A stretch of 63,797 bases of DNA, filler included, from Squatina squatina (Eukaryota): NCBI GenBank assembly GCA_031763465.1. It is 4 parts of 4 records of this genome, joined end to end, with 100 filler letters (N's around TTAATTAATTAA, not from the genome) between each part and the next. Parts side by side here need not be neighbours in the genome. Positions count along the whole stretch, not along the records: positions 36,190 to 51,057 come from JARFOE010000115.1; positions 51,158 to 63,797 come from JARFOE010000192.1; 2 more parts are not named here. One strand, written 5' to 3'. The notes below the pieces were generated by a model. That model was not told the origin of the DNA. It ran no database searches and saw only the letters and a list, made by a program, of their open reading frames with translations. Positions 48,569-61,599 of this stretch are shown here, in pieces. The position numbers were made by a program, and so were the translations under genes. Positions within the stretch are counted from its first letter, which is position 1. Every line of letters starts with the position of its first letter.

Positions 48569-50558
48569 CTGGGTAAAAATAAATGAATTTGAAAAGAAAG
48601 AAAAACATTATTAATTCACATCTGAACTGAATAAAAATGGTTTCCTCAGCAGACAAATAAAAATTTACTTGGGGTACCTAGTTTATAGGAGTAATTCCAT
48701 GTACCTATAAATCAATTATCCTTATTCAGTCATTTCCCACGGATGTAGAAGTCCAAATACAAACTTCTTTCAACTGTTTCAAGGCCATTGCCATTTCTGC
48801 TCTTTGACTGACTATTAGGGTGTCACTGCAGCTGCATTCTTAATTGTGCCAGTTTTCAATCAATTACTCTCATGGCCTTGACAATACCTATGTAAACTCA
48901 TTCCCAACTGATAGAAATCCATGGATTAGAATGACATGATAGTTCAAATACAGGCATGCTACTATCTCTAACAGTTGTAGCTTCATAGAAACATGGGAAA
49001 AATGAATAAAGAATAAATAGACCATTACAAAGCAGCGGTGTGAATTAGAAACTCACCCGCTGTTCGAGAAATGAGGCCATGGGTATTTTAACTCCCAGGC
49101 CTCATTTAATTCCTGCTGGCTAACATCGTACTGTACTAGTTGGGAAGTCAGCAGGAAGTGCCAGAAAATCTGGTGACTCTAGAGGCCAGCCATCAACAGC
49201 AGGTAAGCGGTGGAAGCAGGTGGGTTGTGGCGGGGTGGTGGGGGCGGTGGGGCGTGACAGTGGTAGAGGAGGTCTAAGCTNNNNNNNNNNNNNNNNNNNN
49301 NNNNNNNNNNNNNNNNNNNNNNNNNNNNNNNNNNNNNNNNNNNNNNNNNNNNNNNNNNNNNNNNNNNNNNNNNNNNNNNNTTGGAGGGGAATTTAAAGGT
49401 GGTGGTGCTCCCATGCGCTTGCTGCCCTTGTCCTTATAGGTGGTAGAGGTCGCTGATTTGGGAGGTGCCGCCACCCTTCAGTTGAGGCTGTACTATGGAT
49501 GAGCTCAAATCCATCTTTTTCTATTCTCACAAAATTAGGGCTATGATGTCAATAAATAGTTCAACAGTTTAGAAAAGGATATGGATTAAAGTGATTTGTA
49601 AAATGTGCTTAAAACACTTTCTCAAATTTTTGTTTATGCTTTTTTCTCATGCTGTGCATTCAAAGTTGCCATTATTTTAGAGCCTTGCTCTCACTTAAAT
49701 GAAGAATATTATATCTTACGAATCTTTTTCAGACTACAGTACCAAAAACTTATATAAAAATAAACATTATGGCAAGTTCACAGCTTTCTACTTTATTCAA
49801 TGAGCACTGTTAATGAAGAAGTGCTCTGTGGCCCTGTACATACTTTTATATCTGTAGTGCAGTAAGAGCCTTCTTATTATCATACCAATTTACCAGCCAA
49901 TTTATTTAAGTAGGCTGTGACATTAAGCAGGCTTATAAAACTAAATGGAAAAGGGTAGGAACAGAACCAAAATTGAAATAAAAAGGAAATCAAGAAAAAT
50001 AAGAACAGACGGATGTACAGAATACAGAACTACTGAGAAAGAGAGGGCTGTAGAAATTTTGAAAGATTTAAAAAAAATAATTCAATGGTCAGCACTTTTC
50101 ACATGCTAATAAATTCATAGGAGTAATTATCCCATAATTCACACATAGGCTGGATATGAAATAATTCAGTTGTGTGTGTGATATTACATTTAAGTTAGTT
50201 GTGGCTAACTGTGGAGCTTTAAAAATAGATAAACAGGTTCATTTATAGCATAAAATTGGATAACTCATACACAAATCAATAGAAAATGGTTAGTGTTTTG
50301 AATTTATATATTATAAAAGCAAGATGATAAACAGATTACAACATAAAATATAAGTGGGTGTGTAGAAATAATTTTTACTGTATGCTTTATAAGACAAAAG
50401 GATACATATTTTCAAAATTGTCATACAGATTCTGCCATGGGTTAAGCTCGAGAAAGCCCTTTTATAGAATGTTGCTAACCAAATTTGACAAATGCAATAG
50501 CTACACTGCAATCTGAAAATACTATTCTTGATTGTGATTTCAAAGACTATAAACTTAC

Positions 50559-50746
50559 CGAGGAAGCTGAAGGCAATTCACAGAATTAGGATGTTCCAGG
50601 GGTCCATTATTGGCCATTCCAAATACACTTGTGCAGTCTCTCGCAAAATACTGCCAATCTAGCCACTCAGAGTCTCTGGTCTTTTTCCTCTGAATCTTAA
50701 CAACTTCGGGCTGAGGGCTACTAAACTGCAAAATAATATAGAAAAC
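50559..50746 (-). CDS. USH2A: Usherin exon (human exon 7 equivalent, laminin N-terminal domain)
   Basis: attgtag|GTT...CG|gtaagt, 188 nt. VFYIILQFSSPQPEVVKIQRKKTRDSEWLDWQYFARDCTSVFGMANNGPLEHPNSVNCLQLP. Confidence 0.95.
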
Positions 50747-51057
50747 CTACAATGTAAAAGGGAAAGAATCAAAGCTTTAATTAATTTTGTGAATTTACAC
50801 AATCATTTTAGTGTTATTAAAGATTAGAACAGTGTTGAAGGTGATGACATATTCCATAAAACCATCTATTCATAAAAATTAGCCGAAACATCCAACATTG
50901 AATGGCCCCTCATTTTCGGTTGTACTAGGTCCTCGCCTCTTACTGAATTTTCCAGTCGATCTTGTAAGGGGTCATGGAACAAGGCCAATGATGTCAAGGA
51001 CGGAGCTGGGGCTGGGAATCTCTATGATTTTCAGGGCCAATGACTATGGCGGTAATA

Positions 51058-51157
51058 NNNNNNNNNNNNNNNNNNNNNNNNNNNNNNNNNNNNNNNNNNN
51101 NTTAATTAATTAANNNNNNNNNNNNNNNNNNNNNNNNNNNNNNNNNNNNNNNNNNNN
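51058..51157. other. Artificial scaffold spacer 44N-TTAATTAATTAA-44N
   Basis: 12-mer at 51102-51113 centred in an N-run. Confidence 0.97.
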
Positions 51158-51323
51158 GTGACCTAACTCCATATGCCCACCTTTGCCCCATAAATCCATA
51201 TCACTGAATATGGATACTGATTCAACACACAGACTTAAATATGTAATGCAAACCCTCAGCCGCACACAGACTCGTGCCAATGGCCATAGATTTTGTACTG
51301 TGCTAATGTTTGAGAAATTTTAT

Positions 51324-51909
51324 GGGCGCAAAATCTACCTGCGTTGCTTCGGGGCGGGAGCTGGCATTTTACGTGCTGGCTCCCTGCCGCGGAATTTGCC
51401 GTTCCGGGGTGGGACCGAGGCCCAGCAATGTCGGCCTCACTCCTGGGCGGAACTGGGATGGCTGGCCAGGGACGTCGTGGCATGGCCGCAGTGCCACGTT
51501 AGCAACGCCAGCTGTGCTGTGTCAGCGTCGCTGCGTGCTGATGTCAGCAGCGCAGCCAGGCCTTCCTTAAATGGGAGGGCCGCCGGCCATCCTGACAGCG
51601 CCCCGTGGCCCGACACTGGGACGCCGGCGACCGGGCCACCAGCCTGGCATGCCAGCAGGTGAATTCCGCCCGTGGGACGCAGACAAATGGGGTTGCGGCT
51701 GCGCAGTGCGGGTCGGCGTGCATCTTTATGACGTTACGCGCCAACCCGCTGCAGAAGTCAACTGGCCAGGTGCAAAGATACGCAGTACACTGACGCGGCA
51801 CAAATGGCGTCGCTGGTGTGGTGCAGAGGCCATGCCAGCGATGTGCCAGGCCAGCCGCCCCCGTTCCAGAGGCTCTAATAGGGCGCAACAGAAGCTGGAT
51901 TTCTAGCCC
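51324..51909. mobile_element. GC-rich MITE (Harbinger-like), degenerate left TIR
   Basis: Right end GGATTTCTAGCCC|TAG matches the GGGCTAGAAAT TIR family, left end TAT|GGGCGCAAAATCT, with sharp GC boundaries on both sides. Confidence 0.6.
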
Positions 51910-52629
51910 TAGGCATTTCTGATCATATTCATTCATTTTTGGAATCAACTATTAAATGGATGAAATCCTGAAAAACTTGCTTTCACCTAAATGTTTCATT
52001 CTCTAATGTCTTTGGGACATCATATAAGCCAGTTAAAAGGTTACACAAGAGAAATAAACTCATGTATATTAGTGGCCCTTGGTGGTCTGAGGAGACGTTG
52101 AACAGCTGGACAAATTTGTTGACAGACCAGTATGGACTGGACAAAACTACCAAGTAATAAGAGTTTATAAAAGACATTAGCAAAAGAGGTCACACCACAT
52201 GCTGTTTAGCTACATGGACTACAGCTGTTCTACTCTATTCACTTTGGCTTTAGCAAATGACTCGTCATAGTGCTTTCATTCAGCCAGAAGCAGGATTGTT
52301 GTCTACATTTAAAGTGCTGTGACATTATTATTAACATCCAATGTACAAAATCAAAATGTAAGTGTGAGCGGGTTTTAAGTTTTATATCCTATTCCTCCCC
52401 TCATCAGAGTTCAAGTGTTCAGGCTTGTCTATATCCACCTGGTGGACCATTTTCATTAGCTATCAAGCATTATGTAGACCAAGTCACTTCCTCTTATCCT
52501 CCCCGTCTCCTTCTCCACCTCTCCTCCCCCTTTTGTGATAATTTTCAATCCTGCCCAATTGCTGATGCTATGCATGGTACATGAGTCACTGACTTCATTT
52601 AAGAGCATTAGCAACTCATGTACCACGCA

Positions 52630-52799
52630 TAGCATCAGCAATCAACCTTATCCGAATGCCCTTTCTTCATTTGTGAAATTAGGCAGTGAATGTTTGCAGG
52701 TCATGTGGTCATGAGGGACATCACAGCTAAACCTGATCCTGTCCTCTCTCCTACTGTGATCTTGTGAACAAGTAGCACTTTCCAGAAGACTTACTGGAT

Positions 52800-52834
<35 letters not shown>

Positions 52835-53005
52835 GAGGCAGTAACCTTGACAGTTGATATTTTTCTCTCCTCCCACCTCACTTGGGAACACCACGGCCAG
52901 TTGTACCACCACCCTAGCAGAGAGCAGCCAAGTACCTGGGAACACACTGGTCTCAATGGCTTAGTACTGCAGCACACTACATTCACCCGCAGAACCATCA
53001 GGGAA
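52630..53005 (-). mobile_element. Old, diverged tRNA-derived SINE with internal microsatellite
   Basis: The head motif agccat..agaccag..ttcccaggt is shared with 6318-6385 (+) and 27000-27110 (-). The body resembles a recalled shark SINE. Confidence 0.45.
52801..52834. repeat. (CAAT)8 microsatellite
   Basis: Perfect tetranucleotide run read directly from the sequence. Confidence 0.95.
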
Positions 53006-56000
53006 ATCCCAATGTGAAGTCTCATTACTTCCACTGTGTCCGCAAAGAACTGAAAATGAGCTTTCACACAAAAAGAGTTGGAGCAATAACAATGAAAAGA
53101 TTGTTCCTTCTACAAGCAAAAAACAGACAGCTTGTTCTTTGTGGGGAAGGGAAATCAATACGTGAACCAACTGCTTGATGAAGAAAATAATGTGAGAAAG
53201 TAGAATGGCATCAATAACATCCTGTCAAAGACAGTTGTTTCCCCAGACCAGACCATTCATTTATTAAGCTACATCACTCAAATATATTTTGAATCTTACT
53301 GAAAATCACAGGGGAATACAAAGCCATTCACGAAGCCAGGATGGCAGGGTTTCACTTATCACCAACTAGAAAAGATGTACAATACTAAATTTTCCCCTTT
53401 ACTCAGGTGGAAACCCCTACACATATNNNNNNNNNNNNNNNNNNNNNNNNNNNNNNNNNNNNNNNNNNNNNNNNNNNNNNNNNNNNNNNNNNNNNNNNNN
53501 NNNNNNNNNNNNNNNNNNNNNNNNNNTGGATAGCACACCTATATTCAACTGGAAATCCTGTATTCCTGTAATTATGTGTAGCAATGTTTGCAGTAATGTA
53601 ATGAACCGCTGTACCTATCAATTTGCTATGGTAACCACACAGCGTCTCCCCTAGACCAAGTAAACCCCGACACTGGTCCATACTAACCAGGTGACACTGT
53701 GGACCAGATCACTGAAAACTATTTTCAATCAATTTTCAGCAACTATGATCAGCAGTCATGAGTTCCCATTCCTCCTGTAATCCTCCATCCAAAACAGTTT
53801 CCTAATCCTTGCTCAACCCTCAGCTCGATCCCTCACACCAAGGCCTGCTTCATATACTCCAGCTCCTGTCCCTATCTGCGAGGTCCAGTTACAGTCGTCC
53901 AGGACAGACATGCTCCATGCTCAGCCTGAAGGGCGGCAGCCAACTCCCTGCCCAACTCCACCGTGTGTGCTGTTAGCCTCCTCACACTCTGAAGGCCAAG
54001 TAAATATTGCATACTGTTATTGTTATTAAAATGGCAGATTATTTCTATGCTACAATCATGTTCATGTTAGTCACTAAATTACTTATGGTATTTGCTAATT
54101 TCTCAGTTTATATTTATATTAAAAAAGTGAATAATTTGAATATCTATATAGGATTTTGTCCATAGTGTTCCACAAATCTGATTATCAGTGCTATGACCTT
54201 TAATACATCACGAGTTACTGGGGCCCATTTCAACTTTTTCCAACCCAACTCTTCACAAAGGTCCTGCATCCCAGCTCTCTCCAACCCCAGCCTCCCCACT
54301 GCCTCCAAATTTTGCCCTATGTTTTGGCTCCCAACCTATGCCTGGTCCTGCTATTCCTTTACATAAAGGGAGCACACACATTAGTTCCCACTTCCATGAG
54401 AGGGGCAAGATAATTTCTCCAGCTATCAGGAGGAGATTTGGAACCCTAACACTACATGATCTACAAACTAAAAGAGGGGCAGAAAGTGAACATGAGATGG
54501 AGAGTGTGTCAAGCTTAAAAGAGTGAGGGAAAGACATAGTAATAGAAATACAGAAAACTTGCGCAAAGTATAAAGCAAGAGTAAAATAATAGAGATAGTG
54601 GCAAGGAAAAACTTGTACAAAAAGGAAAGTGAGAAAAAAGTTAGAGACAGAAAGAAGACAAGATAAAGTGAGAGACAAAGAGTGGTCCACAAACAATGAC
54701 AGTGGAAACACAGAATTGGAGACTGGAGTCAAGCAGAGAGGAAGCTACAGGAAGAAATGCTTAATGATTTTTGTCTCTGAGCAATACTCCAGAAGATCAA
54801 CTGGAACCACTTATTTTTTAAATGCACACAACCAAAATCGTCATTTTGGAAATTCAGGGAAAAAAATGGACTTAACTCATTCACATTCTTGAGATCTACC
54901 CTCTCGTTCAGCCTCGACTTGCATGAGAAACTTTTTTTAGGGGAGGGGAGGGGGGGGGGGGAGAGGAAAAGAGGAGGAATGTTTTATAAAGANNNNNNNN
55001 NNGTTACAAACAGATGGTGTTCTGGAGAATATTGGTCTCACGTAAGTAAGCTGAGAACAATAGAAATATATCCTGTAGATTCGACAGCTGCAAGAGCTGA
55101 AACCTGGTTCATCAGAGAGGCATCCTCTCCACTGAAAGCAGCATCTTCAAAAACACTGGCATGGCTGGTGAGGAAATTATGCAGGACCAACAAACAAAAA
55201 CAGACAGAAGCACGCACATCGGAGGCGGTGCCCCCCGCAATTATTCCGAACGTACCTTCAGACTTACCATTTCCAGAGACGTGCACGAGAAAGAGTGGGT
55301 CAACACAGGGGTGATGCAAGTAAACCAGACGGGCAAATGTGAAAATGTAAAAGTGAGTGCAGCAAAGTTAAGTACATTCGCATCCTGGGGGACTGGGAGA
55401 AAAGTGCCCACCCGAGGGAAACAAGCTCGGCTCCACAGGGGGATAGTGTCAGCCTGAAGTTGTAAGACACAAGAGTCCTGTCCTGTCTGTAGCACTGAAT
55501 CCCCAAACAATCCCAAATGGACAAGCATACCCGCTGCAGAGTGACTGTAAAACGGTTATATTTCTTCCACAACACCGTACTCTAGTTTATTTACATCCGG
55601 TGCAGAGAGTATCGCTTCAACAAATGCATCGCGTAGAAAAAGATGAAATAAAACCTTCTTAAAAATCTCCTACCTTCCAGGTATAACCCGGTCTNNNNNN
55701 NNNNNNNNNNNNNNNNNNNNNNNNNNNNNNNNNNNNNNNNNNNNNNNNNNNNNNNNNNNNNNNNNNNNNNNNNNNNNNNNNNNNNNNNNNNNNNAGTACT
55801 ACCCTGGTGTTTCAAATATTTTCCACATCTGCGCTTTGTTATGGAAATGTTAATGAAATGCGATATTTTGATGAATCGTTGAAGCAGATTTCACAGCTAA
55901 AGAAAATTGGGTATGAGCCAAGGAAAACAAAAAAATTAAGAACTATGCCGGTAATACAACTTGCTTAAGATCGTTCTCATCAATATCAAACTCAAAATAA

Positions 56001-57376
56001 TACTGTGGCACAGGCCAAATATTTTTTGAAGCAAATTGACAGGGTAACAGGTATGGATGATTAAGTAATACACATTTCCACGTAGAGCTGCGTCCTGTTC
56101 TTGTATGCACAGGATGCGTCTTTGGCCCTTATTGTTCTTTTTTATGGTTGACATGATAATATTTACGTTAACTAGTTGGGCCTAATGACACTGAACACTG
56201 TTGTAGAATTAGTAGCAAATTGCCCATGACATGTCTATGTTTACAAAAGGGACCAATCTGGAGATCATTTCCTAATAAGGTTTTTTTTTCAAGCTCAAAT
56301 ATTGCCATAATAACCAAAGTCAGCACAGCTGTGGAATCCTGTTCTTCCAGCATCTATTTACACAGATTAGAACAGCCATGTCTATCGAACATTTCAGAAG
56401 GAATTTTGTCAATACATAAGAACGCCATCTTTTAAGTAGTTATTCAATCTACAAGAACTGTGATTATGTGTAGAAAAATATATTTGTAACTGGTCTTAAT
56501 CACATTCATCTTCCAAGGAAGCAACCCACCAATAATGGCTGTATTAAAGCTAAAACAATTACAATTGCTACTCTAATACTGTTATAAAATCAGACAATGT
56601 GTCATTTGAAAATGATAAAANNNNNNNNNNNNNNNNNNNNNNNNNNNNNNNNNNNNNNNNNNNNNNNNNNNNNNNNNNNNNNNNNNNNNNNNNNNNNNNN
56701 NNNNNNNNNNNNNNNNNNNNCAGCATAAAAATGAAAAAAGTAGCAAATGGTCCTTCTTCTTTCCATCGCATCTCTTCCTTGCAATGCTTGAAATCAACGA
56801 TTCACTACTTGGTAGTGGCTTTGGACCTGGATATTTTACTCAGTGACTGGGATGGATTTGCCACTGATCTGCATTTTTGTGTCATTGGGCCACAGCCTCA
56901 ACTGGTGGGTGAGCCAATGTGTGCGCAGGTACCTTATATGGTCTCAATAGTTGTGTAAGTCACACTGACATTGGGGCTGTATATAGTAAGAACAAGCACT
57001 TAATGACAGCTTGACATTACTCAGTTACACCTTTGAAATCAGTCACACAGTCTGTATTGCATCTTCCTGTTCCATTCAACTCCTTTAATAGTTAAGGTAA
57101 ATTGTTACTATGAAGTTAAAGATAAGATTTTGGAGGTCATAAAAAGAAATGTAATTTTCTTCGTAGTGTTTTCTCACAAAATGGTAAAATAGACGGGTAG
57201 TGCAATATTTAAACAGTTTTCAAATTATAATTCTCTNNNNNNNNNNNNNNNNNNNNNNNNNNNNNNNNNNNNNNNNNNNNNNNNNNNNNNNNNNNNNNNN
57301 NNNNNNNNNNNNNNNNNNNNNNNNNNNNNNNNNNNNTCACTAGTACATGGAACTCGAAGCATTTCTGCACATACTA

Positions 57377-57635
57377 CAGCAACAACTTGCATTTATATAG
57401 CGTCTTTAGCATAGCAAAACATCGCAAGTCGCTTCACAGAGGCAATCAAACCAAAACTGGACGCCAAGATAAAGAATGAGCTATTAGGAGGGATGACTGA
57501 ATGCTTGCTCAAAGAGGTGGATTTTAACAAGGACCTCAAAGGAGGAGAAACAAAAGGGTTTAAGGAGGGAATTGCAGAGTGTGAAGCTTAGAAGGCTGAT
57601 GGCCCAGCAGTCAATGGTGGGGTGAAGGGGGTGGA
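57377..57635 (-). mobile_element. L2-clade LINE 3' end
   Basis: caacaacttgcatttatatagcgtcttt...aaaggaggag...agggaattgcagag, like 21531-21700 and 27669-27890. Confidence 0.75.
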
Positions 57636-59099
57636 ATAGTAGAAATAGTTATTTTGACGTCAGTATTCTTACTTTAACTATATATAAAGATGGCTGTATC
57701 TATGGCTATAATATGGACTCTTCTCTACAAGTCAAATTGTGAGGAATTAATCATACCTAACACATAGAAACACACTCAGTACTTATCACAAGTTAAGAAA
57801 CATACCCTTAAGCTTACTTTCTCAGGATATCTTGACACAAGCCCAGCTAAGATCTTCTCGTGCAGAAATTTCTCCTAAATAACACACAGCCAATTTTTTC
57901 ACCCTACAAAACTAACTCAAGTCACCCACAAGCCGGTATTAGGTAATGCTGTAGCTCAGGAAAGAGCCGGAGTGTTAGGTATCAAGTAGAGAAGAATTTC
58001 TCATTTGGATCACTTACAGGGTTGTCTTGAAGCTGGAGCTTTCTGGGATGGTGAAATATGAGCTTTCCCTCTTGTTTCTGAATGCCGTGACTTGAGACCA
58101 GCACAAGCAGCAACGCCTGGATATCTGACCTCTCCGAGAGGCCACCTCACCGCCAGAACCTTTATTAATTTTGGGTCTCAAAAAGAGGGATAGTGTGACA
58201 TTGCAATAGTGACAGGGCGCCTCTTTTATGAGAGTGATGACAAGATCAATCTGCTTTGGATGGAATTGTCTTTCACCTCACAGGAATAGAGTGAGGAAAA
58301 ATCACACACAGCGTGCCCCAAAACATCAAGGTAATCCTGCAACATCCTATCAACATCATGTATGTATGATGTTATACATGCAGTATGACTATAACATGAC
58401 TAATCTGCTAAATTACGATAAATCTGTATTTACTTGTAGCTGGCTGCTCTTGGCTGCATTGTCTTTAAAGTACAGTAAAGACCTGAAAAGACCACATTAT
58501 TACAACAGGATGGTATTTGAAATGTTTTCAATTTTTAGTGTTCATTGAAGTGAGAGAGATGCTGGGGAATGGAACATTTCATGCAACAAATGGCAGCAAC
58601 AAACACCCAGTTGGGAAATTGCTTGGATTAGACACACGGCAAATTTAGCCCCAGCATTGTGCCTTAATCCCAGCCTTACAAGAGAACCTTCTATTGCACA
58701 GATGTGGCCTCTTTGAGGTTACCGATTCAGGTTCAATGCTATGTTATAGCACACTTGGTGCTGTGCCTTGTGTGACAGGGCCACAGAGCAGGAATTTAGA
58801 TGTGAGGTGCCTCTCCTTTGATGTTTCCCTCGACACCTATACAACAGTTGAGATGGAGAACTCACTGTGTGGGAAATCATAGTTGCAAAGCTTATGACCA
58901 ATCTCTCCATGTGGCAGTGCATATAGTTCAATTATAACTGCATATCAGGCAGAGGTGCATATCCTGCATTAGTGACAGTGCTGGAAGAGTNNNNNNNNNN
59001 NNNNNNNNNNNNNNNNNNNNNNNNNNNNNNNNNNNNNNNNNNNNNNNNNNNNNNNNNNNNNNNNNNNNNNNNNNNNNNNNNNNNNNNNNNATGTGAACT

Positions 59100-59330
59100 T
59101 GTAGCCCCAAATTTACTTCTATTCAGAGTATAATTACTGCTGCTTCTTTTTATCCCCCATTTACTAACATTGACTTCCATCTACCATTTTTTAGCCTCTT
59201 CCACATTTTTATCAATATCCCTTTGCAACTTCCTCTTGGTATTAAATGTGCCTCCTATTTTGGTATCATCTATGAATTTTGACACAGCTCCTTCTGGGCC
59301 TATATGCAAATCATTGATTTACATAGGATG
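59100..59330 (-). mobile_element. Degenerate CR1 RT fragment
   Basis: The reverse complement of 59250-59285 reads VSKFIDDTKIGG (the YADD-equivalent motif), followed by ELQRDIDK and RWKSM. Confidence 0.65.
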
Positions 59331-60642
59331 AATGGCCTTCCTTATTTGTGACACAGAGCTCCATATTGCCAGCTGACCAAAATGTGATTCACTCTAACGA
59401 TGTGTGGTGCAGATCTGTTCAGTATATTTTCCCTCTGCTTCCCCTTTATGTCAGTAGGGAAGTATGTCTTCTACCTCCTAACCATGTAACCTAACCTAAG
59501 TGTTTCCCTAATGGGAGGAGCAAGTGGGATGATAGGCTGCTTTTTGCCAATGGCTACAGCTACAGATGGAGGTGGTCCAGTACTTCTTTCTCGTGGGTCA
59601 GTAGTTAGCCCTGAGCTACCAATTGAGATTTGTAAGTAAACTCCTTAAGGTCCTAATCCCTAATAAGCTGCAGAAGCACACAAACTGGTCCTCCAGCCAG
59701 CAGATTGCAACTCTTCCAGTTCCCATTACACTGTCTCTCCTTATTCCTGCTGTGTGCTTTACAAACCTTTCTCTCTCACAATCACGAACTGATGACCACA
59801 AAGTGGCTGTATCTGTACTGGTGCTTGCTACTGTAAGAGGGTGGGTGGCACCATGCTGAAAGATACCCAGCAGTAGGGGAATGGCCGACGCTGAGGGCAC
59901 ATAAGGTCCTCCAGTATACAAATATATTATTTTTTAGGAAAAAGGAAAAGGCCATTAAGCCCAAAAAACCCATCGGTTTTTGAAAGATCAATCCCAGCTA
60001 CTCACTTTCTCACCCATATTTCCTTCATTCCAGAATGTGTCTGATTGCCTCTTGAGTCCCTTTAAATCGTCCATTTTAATGGCAATCCCCGATAAACTAT
60101 TTGGTAAGTCTTTCTTTCTGTTTCCATGTTATGCACTAAACTAGGTTGAAGTGTGATTTTACACTTGCCACACAGCCCACTTACACATTGATAGAGCTTC
60201 CACCCTTAGAGCAACTTTGTGTGCCCTACCCATACCCTAAACTTGTACCGTAATATTTCTGATATGAGATTTCAATTTTTCTGCTTCATGTGAAACATTT
60301 CTAACGAAAACTATAATCACTTTTGTCGTGCAGTGAAATGTTCCTGTTTAGTNNNNNNNNNNTAGTTTTCAGTGTACTGTAGTGCTTATCGGACAAGTAC
60401 CTTGTGTGAGTTAACACATCTCGATAAAGGACACAATGGACATTGTAGTATGTGAGCCATATAGGAAGATTGGAATGAAATATTGCTTCAATTTCTAGTT
60501 GCTAAAGCTTTGAAATTATAGTCTACTCGTTTGTAACTGCTTGAGAGTAGAACAAATTTTTTCCCCACACAGTCGTGGTTATGTGGAACAGAATCACGGC
60601 AAAAACAGTTGATACTGTGTTAACTAATTCCTTAAAAATAAT

Positions 60643-60735
60643 ATAAAAACAAAATACTGCGGATGCTGGAATCTGAAACAAAAACAGAAAAAGCTGGAAG
60701 AACTCAGCCGGTTTAGTGGGCAGCATCTGCGGAGA
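60643..60735. mobile_element. Penelope-like terminal repeat fragment
   Basis: aaaatactgcggatgctggaatctgaaacaaaaacagaaaaagctggaagaactcagc, same family as 22488 and 63300. Confidence 0.55.
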
Positions 60736-61599
60736 NNNNNNNNNNNNNNNNNNNNNNNNNNNNNNNNNNNNNNNNNNNNNNNNNNNNNNNNNNNNNNNNN
60801 NNNNNNNNNNNNNNNNNNNNNNNNNNNNNNNNNNNGTGCTCACATAGTAGTTCACATTGTCTTTTATTTCTACTTTGAAACCCAAGATTTACATTTCACG
60901 AAAGATTTTTATTACATAATATATTGTATATTAGCAATGCCATTTGTTTCTTACAAAGCCTCTAACTGAGGATTAATGGCTGCAACTTGCATTATGTTTT
61001 TCAGTTAACAGTTTTTAGAATAAGCACTTTATGGTAATTATTCACTGTGTAATGCACACCATCCATAATGCTCACTGATACATAACACACATTTTCCTGT
61101 TTCTGCAAAAGCTTTTTATGTAAGATGCACTTTCACATAACACTCATCTTGGTCTCAGGCTAAGTAAAAGTAATGTTATGCATAGAAATTATCCATAGAA
61201 GTTTTTATATACAACGCACACTTGCTTCTAGGTTTTGGGTGCAGTTTTTTTAAATTGTACTTGTTATGAGAAGCATTACCTTAAATGCTGAAGGTCTCCT
61301 TTAGCAGGTTTGACACTAGTACTCTGTTGAAATGTAGAGTAAGATGCTTTGAGGCACTCCCTTTCTGATATCGTTGATGCAAAGATCAGTTTTCACAGTT
61401 TTCTGCTCTGTAACTTTAACTGCAATGTAAGATTCATTTTGATGGAGGGTCACTTCTTGCAACTGAGGAGCAGCCTTCTCTGAAAACTCATTTTAATATC
61501 TGGTGGTGTTACACACTGGGAAAAGTTCACAGTGTAAAAGGCGCTGCATTTGCTGTGATATTTTGCTATTGTGCACTTCAAGATCTTCATTATGCATTC

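Noticed and set aside
51183-51948. Several overlapping 60-160 aa ORFs in a GC-rich block (likewise 25188-25853 and 46228-46698)
   Set aside because: High GC suppresses stop codons, the blocks are bounded by MITE termini, and the peptides match nothing known.
54253-54892. Hydrophobic 159-aa minus-strand ORF resembling a membrane protein
   Set aside because: It arises from a low-complexity A/G-rich tract whose complement encodes Leu, Phe and Ser.
58018-58159. Candidate 142-nt minus-strand exon ending CCT|gtaagt
   Set aside because: No polypyrimidine tract at the acceptor and no recognisable peptide.
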